A DNA stretch of 45,909 bases from assembly GCA_964426815.1 (NCBI GenBank), contig CAYRRZ010000001.1:6152-52060 (forward strand), read 5' to 3'. The notes under the pieces were generated by a model. That model saw only the letters and a program-made list of their open reading frames with translations, was not told the origin of the DNA and did not search any database. The DNA comes from an uncultured Gammaproteobacteria bacterium. Lineage in GTDB: Bacteria; Patescibacteriota; Patescibacteriia; 2-12-FULL-60-25. The position numbers and the translations under genes were made by a program. Shown piece by piece: positions 17,745 through 24,784 of the stretch (positions are counted from its first letter, which is position 1; every line of letters starts with the position of its first letter).

Positions 17745-19220
17745 TTATTCGGTCATTGGGTTATGCGTTATCGTTACCGTTTTCCACTGGGTATAGTTCT
17801 CTAGAGCCTCGGTGCCCGCTTCTCTGGTTCCATTTCCGGAATTTCGACCGCCTCCAAATGGCATATGCGGCTCGCTTCCATATGAATTCCCATTCACATG
17901 AACAACACCGACTTGTAGCCCTCGAATACATTGTTCTGCGCGATGTAAGCTGTCGGTGTAAACCGATGCCGTCAATCCAAACGAGCTATCGTTCAGCTGT
18001 GCAATCGCATCTTGTACGTCCCGAGCGCGGTGAAGGGTCGCCACCGGACCAAAAATTTCCTCCCTCGAAATTGGATACCGCATCGAATCCACCTCAAACA
18101 GAGTCGGTTCAAAAAAGTTACCCAATTCATACCCTTCGCCCGTTATACGCTTCCCTCCACACAATGGATGTATCCCTTGTGCAGCCGTATCGCGCATCAT
18201 CTCCTCAATCCGTTCAATCTGACGCATGCTCAACAAAGGGCCAAGATCATCCGTATCCTGTAAGCCGATCTTGAGCAATGGAATTTTTTCGAGCAATTTT
18301 TTTCGCACTTTTTCATACACCCTATCCATCACAATAATGCGACTTGCCGCCGAACAGCGCTGGCCAGCAAATGAATATGCTGATGAAAGAGCGCTTTTTA
18401 CCGCCAAATCAATATTTGCATCGTCTAAAATAAGGAAGCCGTTCTTTCCTCCAAGCTCCAGAGTTACTTTCACAAATTGGCTAGCTCGCTGAGCAACTGA
18501 TTTTTCTAAATCTTTTCCAACGGTGGCTGATCCGGTAAAGCTAATTGCCTGCACGCGCTCATCTTGTACAAGCGATGCGCCAATCTCTTTTCCAAAACCA
18601 TGCACTACTGAGAATACTCCTTTTGGAAGACCCGCTTCTCGCAATGCATATGCTAATTCCATCCCAGCCGATGGCGTGTCTTCAGATGGCTTCATGATAA
18701 CCGTATTCCCACATAGCAGAGCAGGCATGATAGATCTTCCACCAAATGGCGAATTTCCAGGGACAATCGAAACCACTACTCCCAATGGCTCACGTACGGT
18801 ATACACCAGTCGATGTTCGACCTTGCTGCTCATGGTTTTTCCATACAGGCGGCGGCCTTCACTAGCCCAAAAAAAGATGTGTTCACAAAGGCTATCGACC
18901 TCACCCATTGACTGCTTTCGTGACAATCCGCCATCTAATGCGATTCTTTCCGCGATGACGCTTTTTCTCTCCTGGAGAATCTGCGCCGCTTTACGCAAAA
19001 TATTCCCTCGCGCAATCGGCGTTAGAGCGGCCCACGCTGCGAATGCTTGACATGCGGCTTGAATCGCCATTTCCGCATCCGCTTTTGTTCCACGAGCAAC
19101 CATACAAAGTGGTGCCCCATTTGCCGGACTCCGTTTTTCAAAATACTTCTTTTCAACCGGCTCTACATCTTCATCCTGTATCCAATGCTGGATATGTCTG
19201 ACTTCATTCGTCATACTCAT
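17745..19220 (-). CDS. NAD(P)+-dependent aldehyde dehydrogenase
   Basis: 491 aa. Motifs: VTLELGGKN (catalytic Glu), FAGQRCSAASR (catalytic Cys), EEIFGPV. Confidence 0.88.
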   Translation of the reverse strand: MSMTNEVRHIQHWIQDEDVEPVEKKYFEKRSPANGAPLCMVARGTKADAEMAIQAACQAFAAWAALTPIARGNILRKAAQILQERKSVIAERIALDGGLSRKQSMGEVDSLCEHIFFWASEGRRLYGKTMSSKVEHRLVYTVREPLGVVVSIVPGNSPFGGRSIMPALLCGNTVIMKPSEDTPSAGMELAYALREAGLPKGVFSVVHGFGKEIGASLVQDERVQAISFTGSATVGKDLEKSVAQRASQFVKVTLELGGKNGFLILDDANIDLAVKSALSSAYSFAGQRCSAASRIIVMDRVYEKVRKKLLEKIPLLKIGLQDTDDLGPLLSMRQIERIEEMMRDTAAQGIHPLCGGKRITGEGYELGNFFEPTLFEVDSMRYPISREEIFGPVATLHRARDVQDAIAQLNDSSFGLTASVYTDSLHRAEQCIRGLQVGVVHVNGNSYGSEPHMPFGGGRNSGNGTREAGTEALENYTQWKTVTITHNPMTE

Positions 19221-19921
19221 ATTGTTATCTCTTCGATATCTGCATCTTGAATCTCACAAATGCTTTTGACAATAGGAAAGGTCTGCGGTGAATTAGCCCA
19301 TGCATTACGATCCGATAGGATCCCGATAAATTTACCGCCATACACCCTTGCTGACTCTGCATCCTCTACCCCATCACCAATAACAATAACCTCTGAAGGT
19401 GGCGCCTGCTCGCAGGCAGATATTCTCAAAATGTTTTTCAACTTGGCGTTCTGAGCATCTTCAGATCCGTCCGGATTTGTTCCATAGATTCCCAAAAAAA
19501 ATTGCTCTAAATTCAAACGCTTTACCAAGGCTCGCAATGTATTCTCAGGCGTTCCAGAACTTAGGTATAATCGATTGTTTTTCGAAAGATGCTCCAGCAC
19601 CTCCTTCACACCGGGAAACATGCCCCGTTGCACGATACGATCTTCGACGAGAATGTCGTATCTATGCACATATTCCAAGACGTCTTGTTCAAGCTCTTCG
19701 GTTCCTTTTTGCGGATACGCCTCCTTCAAAACAGCGCGTATAATCTCACTTCGAAGCTTGCCTTTTAGACAAGGAATTACTCGCTCAGCAATGCTCTGAA
19801 CCTCGCTCGGCTCTTCAGCAAAAACCTCAAAACGCGCACGATACTTCAGTTCAAGTGAATCAACCAAGGTTCCATCAAAATCGAAAATAAAAACCTTTCC
19901 ACGTGATTCAAGAAGTTGCAT
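19217..19921 (-). CDS. HAD-superfamily phosphatase (PGP/beta-PGM-like, capped)
   Basis: 234 aa. Motif I FIFDFDGTLVDS. Late motif VIGDGVEDAESA. ATGA overlap with the ALDH start. Confidence 0.75.
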   Translation of the reverse strand: MQLLESRGKVFIFDFDGTLVDSLELKYRARFEVFAEEPSEVQSIAERVIPCLKGKLRSEIIRAVLKEAYPQKGTEELEQDVLEYVHRYDILVEDRIVQRGMFPGVKEVLEHLSKNNRLYLSSGTPENTLRALVKRLNLEQFFLGIYGTNPDGSEDAQNAKLKNILRISACEQAPPSEVIVIGDGVEDAESARVYGGKFIGILSDRNAWANSPQTFPIVKSICEIQDADIEEITI

Positions 19922-19924
19922 ACG

Positions 19925-20755
19925 CTACCAAGCCGTATACCCTCCATCGATCAACAAGTTGCTCCCCGTGCTATATGTATCCGTGACTAAAAACAATAAG
20001 GCGCGGTTGTATTCATTTTCATTCGCCATGCGCCGCATAGGAGTACGTTGTATATATTTCTCAGTGAATTCTGCATCTCCTGATGGGCTAAGAACCCCAC
20101 CTGGTGACAAGGCCACAACGCGAATTCCTTTTGGTGCCCACTGTGTAGCCAAATCACGCGTCAGCGCAAGCATCGCCGCCTTGGAAGCACCATAGGATGC
20201 ATCTTTTACAAAGACCTTTCCCGTCGTACGTTCACGGTGTTCATAAATACGCTGATCAGGTGAAACCAAAGCGTAGTGCGATGCGATATTTACAATAGTC
20301 CCCGGTGTTTGGGCAGCAATCAATTTCTGCGCCATGATTTTTGAACAAATGACCGAACTCGTCAGATTCATTCGAAAAACCTCTTCCCAGGTGTCAATCG
20401 GATATGTTTCAAATGGAACGCTTGCACGACTTGCTTGATTTGGCGAAGCCTTCCATCCCGCATTATTAATTAAAATTGTTGGCACGGACCACTGACGAAT
20501 AACCTCATCAAAGGCCGCCTGAACTTCCGCTTCATGCGTCACATCCACCTTCAAGCAAAGCAATGGATACGTCTCAGCTAATGCAGATAGTCTTTCATTT
20601 GGCTTTTCTGAGATATCAAAAATAGCCACTCGCGCATTTGCACGTAACAAGACCTCGGCATAATTCGTCCCCAACTTTCCCAATCCACCCGTCAAAACAA
20701 CAACTTGCTGCTTAAGATCAAAAAGAGATTGCAAATAATCAAGATCGATTGCCAT
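19925..20755 (-). CDS. Classical short-chain dehydrogenase/reductase
   Basis: 276 aa. Motifs: VVVLTGGLGKLG, NNAG, YGASKAA (YxxxK). Confidence 0.8.
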   Translation of the reverse strand: MAIDLDYLQSLFDLKQQVVVLTGGLGKLGTNYAEVLLRANARVAIFDISEKPNERLSALAETYPLLCLKVDVTHEAEVQAAFDEVIRQWSVPTILINNAGWKASPNQASRASVPFETYPIDTWEEVFRMNLTSSVICSKIMAQKLIAAQTPGTIVNIASHYALVSPDQRIYEHRERTTGKVFVKDASYGASKAAMLALTRDLATQWAPKGIRVVALSPGGVLSPSGDAEFTEKYIQRTPMRRMANENEYNRALLFLVTDTYSTGSNLLIDGGYTAW

Positions 20756-20767
20756 ATAGGGATATGT

Positions 20768-21655
20768 TTATTCATTTTGCAAACAGGCACACAAAGCATC
20801 AAACAGCGTTTTATTTGTGGCGGCTATGACCATCTGTGCCCGATGTGTCTGCGCCTCATACCCTTTTACAAATAGCTCAGCACCAGCGCCTTTAGCTAGA
20901 TATAGGATCGCCAAGGTATCCTCCATATCGGCCACATCTTTAACAACAACCGCAGCAAGCCGACCATCCAATAATCCTGATGGAACCGCATCCCATTCGG
21001 GATCCATGCGACCATAGGCATCGTATGCATCATGCGCAATGATCGAATCAGGCTCTATATTTTGAATATCTTTCAAGCGATGGCGCAATGACCGGCTGAC
21101 ATAGACTGTCTTTTTCCCTTGTGAGGGAATCTTGTAGTCTTGCCAAACCAAATCCGTACTAGTCTCGTCACCGACTTCTGCTCGGACGACATGGCTTTCA
21201 TTTCCTTTATATATCACCCCCAATCTTGGCAAATACACAACCGTCAATCGTTGCTTTTGATGCGTCTCGCGATCACACAATGTAAAGATTGTTTCAAAAC
21301 ATTTTTTTCCATCTTGAAAATACGCTGTCCCGTTTATCGGATCCAAGAAGAGCGCGAATGGTTGATTTTTCTCAAAATATCGACTTATCGCATCACCCTG
21401 CGCTTCTTCTGACTGGAGAGTTACGTCGCTCAAATTAAGCGCGGATAAACCAATGGCATTCCCAATAGCGATATCCGCATCGGTTACCGCTTGTTTGGAC
21501 CAGTGATTATCCGCACTTTCTTTTACCGACCTAGTTCCATCAACCCCTTTTTGAAGACCATCTTGAATACGACATGCGCCTTTTCCCGCCTGAATCACGA
21601 CCGGTATCAGATACTGAGCCGCTTTATCCAGACCGAGACGCATGACACTTTGCAT
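20768..21655 (-). CDS. Inositol monophosphatase / FBPase / CysQ-superfamily phosphatase-like protein, divergent motifs
   Basis: 295 aa. Has an SEEA acidic pair. FLDPINGTAYF resembles the DPxDGT motif but with Asn for the second Asp. EDTLAILYLAKGAGAEL resembles the WDxAAGxLIxxEAGG motif. Confidence 0.5.
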   Translation of the reverse strand: MQSVMRLGLDKAAQYLIPVVIQAGKGACRIQDGLQKGVDGTRSVKESADNHWSKQAVTDADIAIGNAIGLSALNLSDVTLQSEEAQGDAISRYFEKNQPFALFLDPINGTAYFQDGKKCFETIFTLCDRETHQKQRLTVVYLPRLGVIYKGNESHVVRAEVGDETSTDLVWQDYKIPSQGKKTVYVSRSLRHRLKDIQNIEPDSIIAHDAYDAYGRMDPEWDAVPSGLLDGRLAAVVVKDVADMEDTLAILYLAKGAGAELFVKGYEAQTHRAQMVIAATNKTLFDALCACLQNE

Positions 21656-21658
21656 ACT

Positions 21659-22099
21659 TTAGCGCGTTTCTACTTCCTCAATCGTGGTCGAAGGCAAACC
21701 CTCCGGTTCAACTAAACCATATGCCGTTTCCATGCGAACACGGTCATTAAAGTGTGGCGTTGACGCTTCAAAAATAATGCAATCTGTAATGGCTTTCACT
21801 CGGTGAATGCAGCCTGGCGGAAAACGAACACTCTCACCAGCAACTAATTTTTTCTCAACAAGAACGCCATCACCTGGATCATACGTCAACATCGCTTCAC
21901 CAGAATAGATGTAGGATGTTTCGTCTTTTAAATGATGTCGCTGCAAACCACCCATCGCCCCAGCATTCATACATATCAACTTCCCTGTGTATTTTCCTGG
22001 TGAATGCGCAATGAGAATTTCGCGACCCCAATTACGCGGACCAACATCATGGACTTTGAAAAAATCTACGGGTACATGTGTTTCTGGCATGAGTGACAT
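21659..22099 (-). CDS. Cupin-domain protein resembling the C-terminal mannose-6-phosphate isomerase domain of type II PMI/ManC
   Basis: 146 aa. Motifs: NWGREILIA, GLQRHHLKDETSYIYSGEA, VRFPPGCIHRVKA, FNDRVRMETAYG. Confidence 0.6.
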   Translation of the reverse strand: MSLMPETHVPVDFFKVHDVGPRNWGREILIAHSPGKYTGKLICMNAGAMGGLQRHHLKDETSYIYSGEAMLTYDPGDGVLVEKKLVAGESVRFPPGCIHRVKAITDCIIFEASTPHFNDRVRMETAYGLVEPEGLPSTTIEEVETR

Positions 22100-22124
22100 A
22101 TTAGTTATCGTTAAACTAATCTTT

Positions 22125-23216
22125 TTACCATTCGAGGGCTTTTGTTGGAATCAAGGTGTCACCCTCAATATCTTCTTTTGCGGCTTTGCCGATGATTTTA
22201 TGCACCAAGTTTGGTTTCAAACCAGAACCCGGGCTTTTGATCGTCATCATATCTGCGGTGATCTTTGTTCCTGCTGGAATACGGACAGCCGCAACCAAAC
22301 TCTTTGAGTGTTTCGAACGTGTCTTGTACTCATCTGCATCAACATCCTTCGTTCCCTCACCAACCATTAATTCGACGCGACGAATTTCTTTCATGCACTG
22401 GGTCATTTCTTCGGGCGTCAAACTTAATTTGTGATCTGGACCCTTCATGTCTTTCGCCATCGTAAAGTGGCGCTCGATAACATGTGCTCCTTTTGAAACG
22501 GCGACCAAGGTAGGCAAGAAGTCTGTTTCGTGGCCAGAATACCCAATTGGAAGTGGGCGATAGCGGCGCTTCATCACATCGATCACGGACAAATCCAACT
22601 TATCATCTGGTGTTGGATAAATCGAAACACAATGCAGAATAACGAGACGATTATTATATTTCAAAATCGTCTCAACGGCTTCGTCAACTTCTTCCATGGT
22701 CGACATGCCGGTGGATAAGATAATCGGCTTATTGCGCTTTGCCACATCCTCAATCAATGGAAGATTAGTGACATCAAAAGAAGCGATCTTGTAGGCATCT
22801 ACACCGATATCTTCCAAGAATTTGACACTTGTATGATCAAAAGGTGTCGCAAAGAAAACAAGATCGAGTTTTTTGGCCAGGGTTCGTAATTCCAAAAATC
22901 CATCGCGATCTATTTCAAGCTTTGCTCGATGTTCGCCATATGTCGCACCAAGCGAGGTCGGCGTGTTGTATGGTGCATCGAGCGCTTCTTTCGTAAAGAC
23001 CTGGTCAAGCGTGCGGCGTTGAAATTTAACTGCTTGGCAACCAGCTTCCTTTGCTTTAACGATCAGTTGTTTTGCGATTTCTAAATCTCCATTATGATTA
23101 TTGCCAATTTCAGCAATCATGTAGGTCGGGCAGCCCGTTCCCACATACTGCGTTCCAATCTTCACTTTATCCGGTAACTGTTGAAGAATGCGTTTAACTG
23201 CGAGTTGTATAGCCAT
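22125..23216 (-). CDS. NeuB-family PEP-dependent (non)ulosonic acid synthase with C-terminal SAF domain
   Basis: 363 aa. Motifs: TYMIAEIGNNHNGDLEIAKQLIVKAKEAGCQAVKFQ, GYSGHE, ERHFT. SAF-like tail RIPAGTKITADMMTIKSPGSGL. Confidence 0.88.
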   Translation of the reverse strand: MAIQLAVKRILQQLPDKVKIGTQYVGTGCPTYMIAEIGNNHNGDLEIAKQLIVKAKEAGCQAVKFQRRTLDQVFTKEALDAPYNTPTSLGATYGEHRAKLEIDRDGFLELRTLAKKLDLVFFATPFDHTSVKFLEDIGVDAYKIASFDVTNLPLIEDVAKRNKPIILSTGMSTMEEVDEAVETILKYNNRLVILHCVSIYPTPDDKLDLSVIDVMKRRYRPLPIGYSGHETDFLPTLVAVSKGAHVIERHFTMAKDMKGPDHKLSLTPEEMTQCMKEIRRVELMVGEGTKDVDADEYKTRSKHSKSLVAAVRIPAGTKITADMMTIKSPGSGLKPNLVHKIIGKAAKEDIEGDTLIPTKALEW

Positions 23217-23289
23217 ATTTTTAGTTCATTTCCACGTTTCTGGTGGACCTATACCGTACGGCGACGGAAGAGCTTCGTCAAACCGTGGC

Positions 23290-24681
23290 TTATTTGAGCC
23301 ATTGCAAAACCCTTGCCCCGATCTGTTTGCCAGCTGACCCAATCGGACCCACTAGAGCGTCGACCAAGGCCTTACGGCCCTCGGCGTGTTTTTGTGGGTT
23401 TTTTAGATATTCCCTCGACGCGTCTATTAGTTCCTGCTCTGTATTTACCCGCCAAACACCACCTAGCTTCTGAACAATACGATAATGCGTTACGTCAAGT
23501 CCCTGCAAAACACTTTGATAGTATGGACGATTTGTATAGCCATCGAAACCAATAATAATAACCGGTCTATTGAATATCGCGCTCTCGATGGTCATGGTTG
23601 AGCCTGTATTGTATTCGACATCCGCATACCGAAGCATATTCAACATTAAACGAATATCTTCTGCATCCAATTCCCACTCCCCTATGAGATCACTTACCTT
23701 TTTTCCAGGCTGCTGAAAAACAACATGTTTGAATTGATCCAGTTTAAGTACACGAACATCGTACTTTGGATGCGCGCGAAGCACGATGGTTGCCGGAGGA
23801 AGTCGCCCATCTTCAATCGCACGATCAAGCATCAGCAAGTGCTCGGATGGATCATCCTGATTCATGACACCGCCCATGCAATACAATAGAAAGGGCTTTG
23901 TTGGATCAATCCCTAATGCCGCGCATGTCTCTTCACGAGTAAGCTCATCAACCGAGTTGTGATATGTATCATACTGGGGACAGCCTCCATCAAAAACTTG
24001 ATTGGGAGGCATATCGCCCAAGCTCAATGCATCGGCATGAACGACACGATTTGGAACAATTAACACATCCGGTTTTACTAAAAGTAAACCCTTTGAAGAA
24101 AGATTGTCCCAGGTTTTCACCATACCTATCAGCGGTATGCCTTGGCGCCGAGCATATTTCATCAGCGCAATATTGGTTCCATGAATAACATTGGTAGCGA
24201 ATGCTAGGCTTGGACGGTATTTCTCGAAGAGCGGCTTCCAAGCATCAACATCCTCCTTAAAGACAGTAAATTCGACCATGCGGACAAATTCACGCCATGG
24301 TCGAATGCATCCCAAAAACCAAGTCAGCTTCTTCCAGAGGAGGGCAAAAAACTGTCCTACGCTTTTGTGTTCCGTAAAAACCTTGATCGAACGAATCCAG
24401 ACCGTGCGCGTTGGGACGCTATTGTACGAAAGTGAACGCCAGAATGCTCGTGAACGTGACATTCCATATTCTAAGTCTGCGACGGCTTCAAAAACCACTC
24501 TATCGGAACCGAATTCTTTTTGATAAAAGGCCTGTTTTTTTTCAGGTACGGCGCAAACAATACGGAGCTCAGGATCAGACAATAAAGTCGGAAGCACATC
24601 GGTTCGTAACAGATTTTTTACCTCTGCCGATGTAGACAATGTCATGATCAGGGTTTTTGGCATATGAGGTATTTTTCTCAT
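23290..24681 (-). CDS. Uncharacterised GT-B-like protein with HP motif (candidate CMP/CDP-donor glycosyl or glycerophospho-transferase)
   Basis: 463-aa ORF with no TM segments. Motifs: KPFLLYCMGG, ATIVLRAHPKYD, NTGSTMTIESAIFNRPVIII. First gene of the long minus-strand operon. Confidence 0.45.
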   Translation of the reverse strand: MRKIPHMPKTLIMTLSTSAEVKNLLRTDVLPTLLSDPELRIVCAVPEKKQAFYQKEFGSDRVVFEAVADLEYGMSRSRAFWRSLSYNSVPTRTVWIRSIKVFTEHKSVGQFFALLWKKLTWFLGCIRPWREFVRMVEFTVFKEDVDAWKPLFEKYRPSLAFATNVIHGTNIALMKYARRQGIPLIGMVKTWDNLSSKGLLLVKPDVLIVPNRVVHADALSLGDMPPNQVFDGGCPQYDTYHNSVDELTREETCAALGIDPTKPFLLYCMGGVMNQDDPSEHLLMLDRAIEDGRLPPATIVLRAHPKYDVRVLKLDQFKHVVFQQPGKKVSDLIGEWELDAEDIRLMLNMLRYADVEYNTGSTMTIESAIFNRPVIIIGFDGYTNRPYYQSVLQGLDVTHYRIVQKLGGVWRVNTEQELIDASREYLKNPQKHAEGRKALVDALVGPIGSAGKQIGARVLQWLK

Positions 24682-24784
24682 TTTTTTTGATTTATTGCAA
24701 ATAGATGCCTTGACTTTTTTAGCTTTTTATTGTACTCAAACCCTACACGTCCTTTTTAAAAACCATTCGACCACGGAGAGCTTC
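24682..24784. promoter_or_regulatory. AT-rich divergent intergenic region; presumed promoters for the 24681-> minus operon and the 24785-> plus operon
   Basis: 103 nt. On the minus strand a TACAAT -10-like hexamer (plus coordinates 24729..24734) lies about 48 nt upstream of the ATG at 24681. GGAGAG Shine-Dalgarno at 24775..24780, 4 nt before the ATG at 24785. No good -35 found. Confidence 0.3.

Noticed and set aside
24710-24738. TTGACT (24710..24715) as the -35 of a sigma70-type promoter for the plus-strand gene at 24785
   Set aside because: At 17-nt spacing the -10 candidate is TACTCA, matching only 2 of 6 positions. The better TATTGT lies at a 13-nt spacing. The evidence is too weak for a specific promoter, so only the intergenic region is annotated.
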